A stretch of 64,000 bases of DNA, taken from Alphaproteobacteria bacterium (GTDB lineage Bacteria; Pseudomonadota; Alphaproteobacteria; Geminicoccales; Geminicoccaceae). The position numbers and the translations under genes were made by a program. Below, piece after piece: positions 40,044 through 49,477 of the stretch. The stretch's first letter is position 1. Each line of letters starts with the position of its first letter. The DNA is taken from contig JALSIM010000015.1 of assembly GCA_026990035.1 (NCBI GenBank), positions 5,132 to 69,131 of the forward strand, given 5' to 3'. Below the pieces are notes generated by a model. That model worked only from the letters and a program-made list of their open reading frames with translations. It made no database searches and was not told the origin of the DNA.

Positions 40044-40099
40044 CGGGCGAAAATGTATCATTTAGTTCAGAGCTCGCCGACCGGCCGAGGGGACGGATT

Positions 40100-40981
40100 T
40101 TGACCCGGACGACACTGGCCGAACGCATTCGGTCGCGGTTACCGGAGCTGACCAAGGCGGAACGCCGGGTGGCGCACGTGCTCCTCGGTCGCTATCCGCT
40201 GGCCGGCCTTGAGACGGTGCAGGCGCTGGCCAGGCGTGCCGGCGTGAGCACCGCGAGCGTGCTGCGCTTCACCGGCAAGCTCGGCTTCGCCTCCTACACC
40301 GCGTTCCAGAGCGAGCTGCGCGAACAGCTCGCCGCCACCCTCCAATCGCCTCTCACCCGCTACCGCGACGGCGACGCCGAACCGGCGGTGGGCAACGCCG
40401 GGTTCGTCCACCGCCATCTGGCCGAGATCCGCGCCGCGCTCGCGGAAGCGGAATCGCTGGTCGTGGAAAGCGAGATCGAGGCCGCCGTCGCCCTTCTCGC
40501 GGATACCCGCCGCCCGGTGTATCTGCTCGGCGGTCGCTACAGCGGCAGGATCGCCGGCTACATGGCCGATCTCCTGCGGGGGGTGCGACCGCACATCGTC
40601 CATATCGACGGGCAGACCCAGAAATGGGCCGATCATCTGCTCGACGTCGACCGGCGGACCGTCCTCGTCTGCTTCGATTTCCGTCGCTATCAGCCCGATG
40701 TGCTGAGCTTCGCCGAACATGCGGCGAAACGGGGCGCACGGATCCTGCTGATCACCGATCCCTGGCATTCGGCGATCGAACGGGTGGCGGCCCACGTTCT
40801 CCCGGTTCCGGTGGCCGCTCCCTCCATCTACGACAGTCTGGCCCCGGCGCTGGCGCTGGTGGAGGGCCTGGTCGGCGCGCTCGCCCGCCGCCTCGGCGAT
40901 CGTGCGCGCAGCCGGATCGAAGCTCAGGAGGAGCTGCGCGTGCCCTTCCGCTCGGTACCCGCCGAGCCCGACCAACGATGA
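40100..40981 (+). CDS. MurR/RpiR-family transcriptional regulator (HTH_6 + SIS domain)
   Basis: Contains LTKAERRVAHVLLGRYPLAGLETVQALARRAGVSTASVLRF, followed by a SIS-like domain. Confidence 0.85.
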   Translation: MTRTTLAERIRSRLPELTKAERRVAHVLLGRYPLAGLETVQALARRAGVSTASVLRFTGKLGFASYTAFQSELREQLAATLQSPLTRYRDGDAEPAVGNAGFVHRHLAEIRAALAEAESLVVESEIEAAVALLADTRRPVYLLGGRYSGRIAGYMADLLRGVRPHIVHIDGQTQKWADHLLDVDRRTVLVCFDFRRYQPDVLSFAEHAAKRGARILLITDPWHSAIERVAAHVLPVPVAAPSIYDSLAPALALVEGLVGALARRLGDRARSRIEAQEELRVPFRSVPAEPDQR

Positions 40982-41005
40982 GCGAACGATCGGGGAGATC
41001 GAGCC

Positions 41006-42310
41006 GTGCGACGTGAAGAACTGATCATGATCTGTACGAGCGACATCGCCGGCCAGCTACGGGGAAAGGCGGTTCCCGTACGCGACTTCGAAAAGCGGCG
41101 CACCGTCGGCGTCGGCTGGACACCGACCAACATCATGATCACCGCCCACGGGCCGATAGCCCCCTCACCCTGGGGCTCGCGGGAGGATCTCTACCTGCGC
41201 CCGGTGCCGGCCACCGCCGTCCGCCTCGCGGTCGATTCCGAGGGGCCGGTGCAGCATTTCGTCCTTTCCGACATCATGCAACTCGACGGCACGCCCTGGA
41301 CGTGCTGCCTGCGCGATTTTCTCAAGCGCGGTCTCGCCGCGCTCGAGGCCGAGGGTCTCCGGCTGGTGGCCGCCTTCGAGCACGAGTTCGCGCTCCGGGG
41401 CGTCGAGGAGCGACCCAACAGCCCCTACAATTTCGATGCTTTCCGCCGCCAGGGGCTGTTCGCCGAGGTCTTCACCGCGGCGATGCGCGAGGCCGGCCTC
41501 GAGCCCGACACCTTCATGCCGGAGTACGGGCCGAGTCAGTACGAGGTGACGATGCGCCACGCCCCGGCGCTGACCGCCGCCGACCGCGCCGTCGTGCTGC
41601 GGGAGGTGGCGCGCGGGGTCGCCCATCGGCTCGGTCTCGAGGCGACCTTCACGCCGCTGCTCCGTCCCGATGCGGTGGGCAACGGCGTGCACCTCCATTT
41701 CAGCCTCACCGAGGGCTCCGGGCGACCGGTCAACCACGACCCGGACGGGCCCGGCGGGCTGTCGCCGGTCGCCGGCGCCTTCCTCGAGGGGGTGCGACGC
41801 AAGCTGCCCTCCCTCTGTGCACTGACGGCCGCCTCCACGGTCAGCTATCTGCGACTCGTGCCCCACCGCTGGAGCGCTTCCTATACCAACGTCGGCGTGC
41901 GGGACCGGGAAGCGGCGTTGCGCATCTGTCCGGTCTTCCGGCCGGGGAGCGAGGAAACGGCCCTGCATTTCGAGTACCGGGCGGCGGATGCGGCGGCCAG
42001 CCCCTATCTCGTGCTCGGCGCCATCGTCTGGGCGGGCCTCTGGGGTGTGCGCCAGAAGCTCGGGCCGCCGCCGCTGACCACCGCCGATCCCGAGCAGATG
42101 GACGAACGGGAGCGGGCCGCCCTCGATCTGCGTCGGCTGCCCGGCTCGCTCGCGGATACGCTCTCGGAACTCGAGGCCGATGCCGATCTGAAGGCGGCCA
42201 TGGGCGAGACCCTGCACCGCGTCTATCTCGCCCACAAGCGGTTCGAGGAGGAACTGATGGCGCCCCTCGACCCGGCCGAGCAATGCGCGCGCTATCTCCT
42301 CGCCTACTGA
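41006..42310 (+). CDS. Glutamine synthetase-family (gamma-glutamyl ligase-like) protein
   Basis: Contains FEHEFAL, PEYGPSQYEVT and GNGVHLHFSL, which are catalytic-domain motifs of the GS family. Confidence 0.85.
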   Translation: MRREELIMICTSDIAGQLRGKAVPVRDFEKRRTVGVGWTPTNIMITAHGPIAPSPWGSREDLYLRPVPATAVRLAVDSEGPVQHFVLSDIMQLDGTPWTCCLRDFLKRGLAALEAEGLRLVAAFEHEFALRGVEERPNSPYNFDAFRRQGLFAEVFTAAMREAGLEPDTFMPEYGPSQYEVTMRHAPALTAADRAVVLREVARGVAHRLGLEATFTPLLRPDAVGNGVHLHFSLTEGSGRPVNHDPDGPGGLSPVAGAFLEGVRRKLPSLCALTAASTVSYLRLVPHRWSASYTNVGVRDREAALRICPVFRPGSEETALHFEYRAADAAASPYLVLGAIVWAGLWGVRQKLGPPPLTTADPEQMDERERAALDLRRLPGSLADTLSELEADADLKAAMGETLHRVYLAHKRFEEELMAPLDPAEQCARYLLAY

Positions 42311-42429
42311 CGACGGCGGCGGATCGCCCGAAGCCATAGCGCGATACCGGCAAAGCCCGTCGCAGGTGGTTTCCGTCACCTTCCCGGGTTAGTCTCCCGT
42401 CGTTCAGCGCGCATACGGGAGCCGCCGAC

Positions 42430-42561
42430 ATGATCTCGATCGCCCACACCCGGGGGCGGTTCGCACCGCATCCGGTTCCTCTCTCGGAGCGGTCGCTCGA
42501 GGGTGTGGCTCACCTGCGGTCACGGAATGCGCAGCCCCCTGTCCGGGCCTGCGCCGCATGA
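42430..42561 (+). CDS. Speculative 43-codon ORF translationally coupled to the Mur-ligase-like gene
   Basis: Encodes MISIAHTRGRFAPHPVPLSERSLEGVAHLRSRNAQPPVRACAA. GGGAG lies 8 nt upstream of the ATG. The TGA overlaps the downstream ATG (ATGA). GC3 is about 76%, lower than the neighbouring genes. Confidence 0.25.
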   Translation: MISIAHTRGRFAPHPVPLSERSLEGVAHLRSRNAQPPVRACAA

Positions 42562-43817
42562 CGGCCCCCGCGCCGACACCCGCGGCGTCGCCGGTATCGC
42601 CGTCCGGGCGCCGCATCCGGCGCTTTCTCCTGCAACGCTGCTGGCCTCTCGTCGGCGCCACCGCCCGTCTCTACCGGCAGACCCTGGCGGCACGCAAGCC
42701 GGTGGTCGTGGTCGTCGGCTCGTTCGGGAAGACCACGACGACGGCGGCGGTGAACGCCGTTCTCGGACTTCCGGGAGCATACCGGGGCAACGCGTTCGCC
42801 GGTCCCGCCATGGACCTTCTCGCGAGCCTGCCCGGACGAACGCCACTGGTGCTCGAGGTGGGTATCGGCGGCAAGGGACAGATGCTCCGCCATGCCCGCG
42901 CGCTGCGCCCGGACATGGTGGTGTTCACCTCGGTCGGCAGCGAGCACGGACGCAGCCTCGGCAGCCTCGAGGAGATCCGCGACGAAAAGGCCCGGATCTT
43001 CTCGGGCATGGACGCAGGGGGAACCGCGTTGCTCAACGGCGACGATCGGCTCGTGCGCAGTCTCGCCGAACGGGTCCCGGGGCGGGTCGTGACCTACGGC
43101 TTCGCGGAGCCCAACGATGTGCGGATCCTCGCGTACAGGCTCGATTGGCCGCACGGCACGGTGCTGGAGGTGGATTGCTTCGGCGAGCGGCTCGAAGTGC
43201 GAACCCGCCTGTTCGGCCGGGTCGCGGCCTATCCCGCCATCGCGGCTCTGGCCGTTGCCCATCTCCTCGGTGGCGACCCTGCCGAGACGCTCCGGGCCCT
43301 CGCGAGCCTCCCTCCGCGCCCCGGCCGTCTGCGGCTCCTGCGCCTGCCGCAGGGGGGCTGGCTGCTCGATGACACCTACAAGAGCAATCTGGAGACCATC
43401 GAGGCGGCCCTCGACCTGCTCGAGGAGATCCCGGCACGCCGGCTGGTGGTCATGGGCGAGATCCACGAGCCCCCCGGCAGCGCCGGCCCCCACTATCGGG
43501 CCCTCGGCGCGCGCCTCGCGCGGATCGCCGAACATGTCGTCACCCTCGGGTCACGCAAGAGCGGTGCGAGCTTTCGTTCCGGCGCGCGCCGGGCCGGGCT
43601 CTCGCCCGACATCTTCGTCCATGCGGGCAGGGAGTGGAAAAAGGCGGCCGAACTCCTCGCCGACCGGCTGCGGCCGGGGGACGTGGTCCTGGTCAAGGGA
43701 CGGTATACGCAGCGCCTGATGCGCCTGTCCCTGTCGCTTTCGGGCCGCCCCGTGCGGTGCGTGCTGACCGACTGCAACCTGCCGGTGCCCGGCTGTCATC
43801 TCTGCCCGCGGCTCTAG
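42558..43817 (+). CDS. Mur-ligase-family protein, MurF-like core without the N-terminal substrate domain
   Basis: The P-loop VVVVGSFGKTTTT sits near residue 55. DDTYKSNLETIEAALDLL, VMGEIHE and LVKGRYTQ resemble MurF blocks. The C-terminus carries CVLTDCNLPVPGCHLC. Confidence 0.75.
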   Translation: MTAPAPTPAASPVSPSGRRIRRFLLQRCWPLVGATARLYRQTLAARKPVVVVVGSFGKTTTTAAVNAVLGLPGAYRGNAFAGPAMDLLASLPGRTPLVLEVGIGGKGQMLRHARALRPDMVVFTSVGSEHGRSLGSLEEIRDEKARIFSGMDAGGTALLNGDDRLVRSLAERVPGRVVTYGFAEPNDVRILAYRLDWPHGTVLEVDCFGERLEVRTRLFGRVAAYPAIAALAVAHLLGGDPAETLRALASLPPRPGRLRLLRLPQGGWLLDDTYKSNLETIEAALDLLEEIPARRLVVMGEIHEPPGSAGPHYRALGARLARIAEHVVTLGSRKSGASFRSGARRAGLSPDIFVHAGREWKKAAELLADRLRPGDVVLVKGRYTQRLMRLSLSLSGRPVRCVLTDCNLPVPGCHLCPRL

Positions 43818-44446
43818 CCCTCGAGTTCGGCCAGCAGGGCGGCGGTGGTCGTCAGGCGACAGTAGCCGCGGAAGGCGGCGAGGGCCGCGCGATGACGCTC
43901 CCGGGTGTCGGTGGCGCAGGCATCCTCGACGCAGATCATGTAGTAACCGCGGTCGGCACCATCGCGCACCGTGTGATCGACGCACTGATCGGTGAGAAAG
44001 CCGGTGGCGATGATCGTCTCGATGCCGATGTTGCGCATCAGATAGTCGAAATTGGTGGAGTTGAAGAGCGAGGAGGAGGTTTTCGGCAGCAGGATCTCGT
44101 CCTCGCCGGGGGCGAGCTCCTCGATCACCCGGGCGTCCCGTGAGCCCTTGGCGATGAAGAAGCCGGAGAGCTTGTAGTCGAGCGACCGGTCGCGACCGTC
44201 GCGGGTGAGATTCTCCATCACCGTGTAGACGATCTCCAGACCGTGACGCCGGCCGGCGGCGAGCAGCCGTACGAGATTGGGCACAACGATCCGCGCCGCA
44301 TCCTCGTAGAACTCGGGCCGCGGCGGATGTTTGGAAGGATCGAGCACCCAGTTCTGGACGTCGATGATCAGCAGCGCCGTCCGCCGGGGATCGATCGCGC
44401 GCTGCCGCGTCAGGCGGGCATCTTCCGGTCGTGGTCCGCCGCTCAT
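43814..44446 (-). CDS. Isochorismatase-family cysteine hydrolase, copy 1
   Basis: Contains LLIIDVQN, PKTSSS and TDQCV (the Asp-Lys-Cys triad context). ATGA overlap with the upstream permease gene. Confidence 0.85.
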   Translation of the reverse strand: MSGGPRPEDARLTRQRAIDPRRTALLIIDVQNWVLDPSKHPPRPEFYEDAARIVVPNLVRLLAAGRRHGLEIVYTVMENLTRDGRDRSLDYKLSGFFIAKGSRDARVIEELAPGEDEILLPKTSSSLFNSTNFDYLMRNIGIETIIATGFLTDQCVDHTVRDGADRGYYMICVEDACATDTRERHRAALAAFRGYCRLTTTAALLAELEG

Positions 44447-45453
44447 CGGCCGACTCCCGGCACGCGCACCGGCCGGAAAGCGGCGGGTTCGCGGCTGCCG
44501 AACAGCCCGGTGGGACGCAGGCGCAGCACCAGAATGAGACCGAGGGCCACCAGCACCTGGCTCAGCCCGTAGAGCTCCAGCCCCTCCTCGAGCGGTCGCG
44601 CGAACTCGGCCAGCAGGCTGATGGCGACCGCCGCCAGCGCGGCACCGGTGATGCTGCCGCTGCCGCCCACGACCACCATCACCACGAGACTGAAGGCGAG
44701 CGGAATACCGTAGGCGCCCGGGGTGATGACCGAAACCAGATGGACCGTCAGCGCCCCCGCCGCGCCGGCGAGGAAGGCTCCGAGAACGAAGGCGAGGAGC
44801 TTGAGGGCGAAAGCGTCGATGCCCATGCAGCGGGCGGCGAGTTCGTTCTCCCGCATGGCCATCATCGCCCGCCCGAGGGAGGCGTGCTTGATCCGCCAGA
44901 CGAGGCCGACGGTGAGCAGGGTGAAGATCAGCACTTCCCAGGGTCCGGTCAGTCGGGGCACGCCCGAAAGGCCGAGCCCGCCCCGGGTGTAGCCGTCGAG
45001 ATTGTTGATCACCACCCGCACGATGACGATCAGCCCGAGCGTCGCCACCGCGAGATAGTGCCCCTTGAGCCGCAGTACCGCGACCCCGACGATCACCGCG
45101 AGAAGGGCGGCGACGGTCGCCCCCGCCAGGGTCGCCGGGATCAGGTCCCACTGCGCCGTCGCCAGCCATCCCGGCAGGTCGGGCATCATGAACCCCTTGC
45201 GGCGGACGGGATATGTCAGGATGGCGGCGACGTAGCCGCCCACCGTCATGAAGGCCGGATGGCCGAGGGAGAACAGCCCCGTGAGCCCGTTGGTGAGCTG
45301 CAGGCTCACCGCCAGGGCCACGTTCAGCAGAACGAGGCTCAGGAGGGTGACGGCATAGGCGCTGAGATGGAGATCGGCGAAGGCGACGACGGCCACCGCC
45401 GCGACCACGAGCAGGGCGGCTCTCGGCCCCGGCAAGAACGGCAGGGTGCTCAT
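44443..45453 (-). CDS. Branched-chain-amino-acid-type ABC permease (LivM-like)
   Basis: Contains LTNGLTGLFSLGHPAFMTVGGY. Polytopic. ATGA overlap with the LivH-like gene. Confidence 0.85.
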   Translation of the reverse strand: MSTLPFLPGPRAALLVVAAVAVVAFADLHLSAYAVTLLSLVLLNVALAVSLQLTNGLTGLFSLGHPAFMTVGGYVAAILTYPVRRKGFMMPDLPGWLATAQWDLIPATLAGATVAALLAVIVGVAVLRLKGHYLAVATLGLIVIVRVVINNLDGYTRGGLGLSGVPRLTGPWEVLIFTLLTVGLVWRIKHASLGRAMMAMRENELAARCMGIDAFALKLLAFVLGAFLAGAAGALTVHLVSVITPGAYGIPLAFSLVVMVVVGGSGSITGAALAAVAISLLAEFARPLEEGLELYGLSQVLVALGLILVLRLRPTGLFGSREPAAFRPVRVPGVGR

Positions 45454-46339
45454 GCGCGATCCTCCTCCGGCCGGCCGAGGAGGCCGTTGGGCATCAGCAG
45501 CAGGACGAGGATCAGGGTGGCGAAGACGAAGGCGTCGCGGTACCCGGAATAGACGGGCGGCAGCATGCCCACGAACATCACCTCGGCGAGGCCGAGCAGA
45601 TAGCCGCCCAGGACCGCCCCGCCGATCGAGCCCACACCGCCGATGACACAGGCGACGAAGGCCTTGAGACCGGGAGCGAAGCCGATCAGCGGGTCGATCT
45701 GGCCGAAGCGGCCGCCCCAGAGCAGCCCGGCGAAGGCGGCGAAGGCGCTGCCGATGGCGAAGGCGGCCATGATCGTGCGATCGACGTCGATCCCCATCAG
45801 CCGGGCCGCCAGCAGATTGTCGGCGAGGGCCCGCATCGCGCGGCCGAGGCGGGTGCCGCGCACGAACAGCAGGAGCAGCACGCAGAGCAGAAGGGTGCTG
45901 CCGATGATCACGAGATCGACCGCGGCCACGCTCGCCGGACCGACGGTCACCCGGCTGCGCATGATCTCCGGAAAGAGAAAGGTGCGCGGCTGGCCGGAAA
46001 GCAGGATCAGCCCGCCGTTCTCGATCACCACCGAGACGGCGAGGGTGGCGATGAAGCCGGTGACCTGGGGGGCGCCCCGCATCGGCCGGATCGCCACCCT
46101 TTCGATGGCGATCCCCGAAAGCGCGCCGGTGATCAGGACCAGGAAGGCGATCGCCCACCAGGGCACGAGACCGGTGGCCGCGAGACCGAGGGTGGTGAAG
46201 GCCCCGACCATCAGGAGATCGCCGTGGGCGAAGTTGATCAGCCGGACGATCCCGTAGATCATCGAAAAGCCGATCGCGATCAGGGCATAGAGGCTGCCCA
46301 GCATGAGACCGTTGAGGAGCTGCTGGAGAAAGTAGGCGC

Positions 46340-46343
<4 letters not shown>
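45450..46343 (-). CDS. Branched-chain-amino-acid-type ABC permease (LivH-like)
   Basis: Contains MSAYFLQQLLNGLMLGSLYALIAIGFSMIYG. Confidence 0.9.
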
Positions 46344-47048
<705 letters not shown>

Positions 47049-47065
<17 letters not shown>

Positions 47066-47858
47066 GCTCCGCCCCCCTGCGATTGCCGAGATAGGCGGCG
47101 ATCACCGCCGGATCGTTCTGGATTTCCTCGGGTCGCCCTTCGGCCAGCAGACGACCGCCCTCGAGAACCTGGATGCGCCGGCAGACACCCATCACGAGGC
47201 GCATGTCGTGTTCGACCACCAGCAGCGCGATGCCGAGTTCGCCGTGCAGCCGGCGCAGGAGATCGGCCAGCGCGTCGGTCTCGCTCGGGTTCATGCCGGC
47301 GGCGGGCTCGTCGAGCAGGAGGACGCGGGGCTCGGTGGCCACGGCCCGGGCGATCTCGACCAGACGCTGCTGGCCGTAGGCGAGATCGGAGGCCCGGGTA
47401 TCGGCCAGCCCGCCGAGACCGACGAACTCCAGCGCCGCCCGCGCCCGTTCCGCGATCCGCGTTTCCCTGCGGCGAAGCGAAGGCAGGGCCAGGGCGGTGG
47501 CCAGCAGCCCCGCGCCGTGACGCGCATGGAGCCCCGCCATGACGTTGTCGAGCACCGAAAGATCGCCGAACAGGCGCACGTTCTGGAAGGTGCGGGCGAT
47601 GCCGAGGCGGGCGATCCTGTGGGTCGGCCAGCCGGTCACCTCGCGACCGGCGAAGCGGATGACGCCGGCGCTCGGCCGCAGGACACCGCTCAGCAGGTTG
47701 AAGGCCGTGGTCTTGCCGGCCCCGTTGGGGCCGATCAATCCGAGGAGATCCCCTTCGCGCAGATCGAGGGTGTAATCCTGGAGCGCGACGACACCGCCGA
47801 AGCGTCGGGAAAGCTCCCGCGCCTCCAGAATCGTTCGCCCCTCGGTGGTGCCGATCAT
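47049..47858 (-). CDS. ABC transporter ATP-binding protein (LivG-like)
   Basis: Contains GPNGAGKTT, LAYGQQRLVEIAR and LLLDEPAAG. Confidence 0.9.
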
Positions 47859-48012
47859 CGTTCCCCCCTCCGGCCGGCCGGTCCGGACGACCGGCGCCGA
47901 GCCTAGCGACCGGTCGCGAGGCTTTCAATCGTTTGGTACAGTTTGCTTTGACGAGCTCATTTCTGGACGATATGGAACAGCACGCGAAAGATCCGGGCCG
48001 GACCGTGATGGC

Positions 48013-48801
48013 ATGATGGAGGAGGTGCAGACCCTGCTGACGGCCGAGGATCCGCCGCCCGTCACCCTGTACAGGGAACAGGCCGCGGGGCCCGTGCTGC
48101 TGGTCTGTGAACACGCGGGCAGGCGGATTCCCGCCCGGCTCGGCGATCTCGGTCTCCGGGCGGAGGATCGCGCCCGGCACATCGCCTGGGACGTGGGCGC
48201 CGCCGGTCTCGCGCGGGAGCTCGCCGGGCTGCTGGACGCCTGCCTGCTGATGCAGCCCTATTCGCGACTGGTCTGCGACTGCAACCGGCGGCCGGACGTC
48301 GAGAGCTTCATCGTCACCGTGAGCGAGGACACCCCCGTGCCGGGCAACATCGGCATCGCCCCCGCCGAGCGCCAGGCGCGGATCCGCGAGGTGTTCGCCC
48401 CCTTCCACCGCGAGGTGAGCGAAACCGTGGAACGGAGACTGGGCCTGGGAACGCCCACCGTCTTCGTCACCATTCACAGCTTCACGCCGGTCTTTTTCGG
48501 CGAACACCGGCCGATGCACATCGGGCTCCTCTTCAACCGGCACGAGGAACTGGCCGCCCGCGTCGGCCACCGGCTGCGCCGGGTCGAGGGGCTGATCGTC
48601 GCCGACAACGAACCCTACGCGATGGACGACGAGAGCGACTACACGGTGCCCTTCCACGCCGAGCGGCGGGGACTTCCCTGTCTCGAGATCGAGGTGCGCC
48701 ACGACCTCCTGCGCGACCGGGAAGGTCAGCGGCGGATGGCGAAGCTGCTGGCCGCGGCCCTGGCACCGGCGGCGGTCGAGGTTTCGGGCGCCGGCCGGTG
48801 A
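48013..48801 (+). CDS. N-formylglutamate amidohydrolase-family protein
   Basis: Contains LLVCEHAGRRIP, DCNR and VTIHSFTP, typical of the FGase family. Confidence 0.8.
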   Translation: MMEEVQTLLTAEDPPPVTLYREQAAGPVLLVCEHAGRRIPARLGDLGLRAEDRARHIAWDVGAAGLARELAGLLDACLLMQPYSRLVCDCNRRPDVESFIVTVSEDTPVPGNIGIAPAERQARIREVFAPFHREVSETVERRLGLGTPTVFVTIHSFTPVFFGEHRPMHIGLLFNRHEELAARVGHRLRRVEGLIVADNEPYAMDDESDYTVPFHAERRGLPCLEIEVRHDLLRDREGQRRMAKLLAAALAPAAVEVSGAGR

Positions 48802-49463
48802 GCCGACCGCCCGGCTCCCGCGAGGTGCCGCTCGTGCTCGGCGCGAGTGCGCTCCTGCTGGTCGATCTCCAGAACTACTGCTGCCGCCGCGACGGAGGCG
48901 AATACCGGGGCCTGGACGGCACCGCGGTGGATGTCCGGTTCGGCGAATTCTTCCGGACCCTGGAAACGGTCACCCTGCCCGCCGTACGGCGCCTGCAGGA
49001 GACCTGCCGCGCCGCGGGCATCGAGGTGATGTACACGGTGATCGAAAGCCTCACCCGCGACGGGCGCGATCGTTCCCTGGACTACAAGATTTCGGGGCTG
49101 CACGTGCCGCGCGGCTCCCGGGACGCCCGGGTGATCGACGAACTCGCGCCGCTCGAGGACGAGATCGTCATCCCCAAGACCTCCTCGAGCGTCTTCGTCT
49201 CCACCAACATCGACTTCGTGCTGCGCAATCTCGGCGTCCGCCACCTGGCGATCTGCGGGGTGCTCACCGACCAGTGCGTCGAGAGCGCGGTCCGGGACGC
49301 CTGTGATCTCGGCTATCTGGTGACGCTGGTCACCGACGGCTGCGCCACGCTCACCGCCGAGCGCCAAGAAGCGAGCCTGCGCGCGATCCGCGGCTACTGC
49401 CGCCAGCGCACGAGTGCCGAGCTGATCGCGGAGATCGAGGGACTGATGGCCGCCGCCGGCTGA
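48798..49463 (+). CDS. Isochorismatase-family cysteine hydrolase, copy 2
   Basis: Contains LLLVDLQN, PKTSSS and TDQCV. It shares LTRDGRDRSLDYK and a C-terminal RGYC...ELIAEIEG-type block with copy 1. GTGA overlap with the FGase-family gene. Confidence 0.85.
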   Translation: MSRPPGSREVPLVLGASALLLVDLQNYCCRRDGGEYRGLDGTAVDVRFGEFFRTLETVTLPAVRRLQETCRAAGIEVMYTVIESLTRDGRDRSLDYKISGLHVPRGSRDARVIDELAPLEDEIVIPKTSSSVFVSTNIDFVLRNLGVRHLAICGVLTDQCVESAVRDACDLGYLVTLVTDGCATLTAERQEASLRAIRGYCRQRTSAELIAEIEGLMAAAG

Positions 49464-49477
49464 CCGGCGGCCTCCCT

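Noticed and set aside
42503-43372. An alternative 289-aa plus-strand ORF and a 341-aa minus-strand ORF overlapping the Mur-ligase-like gene.
   Set aside because: - Their translations are Arg/Pro/Gly-rich and lack motifs.
- The 42558 frame carries the P-loop and MurF-like blocks.
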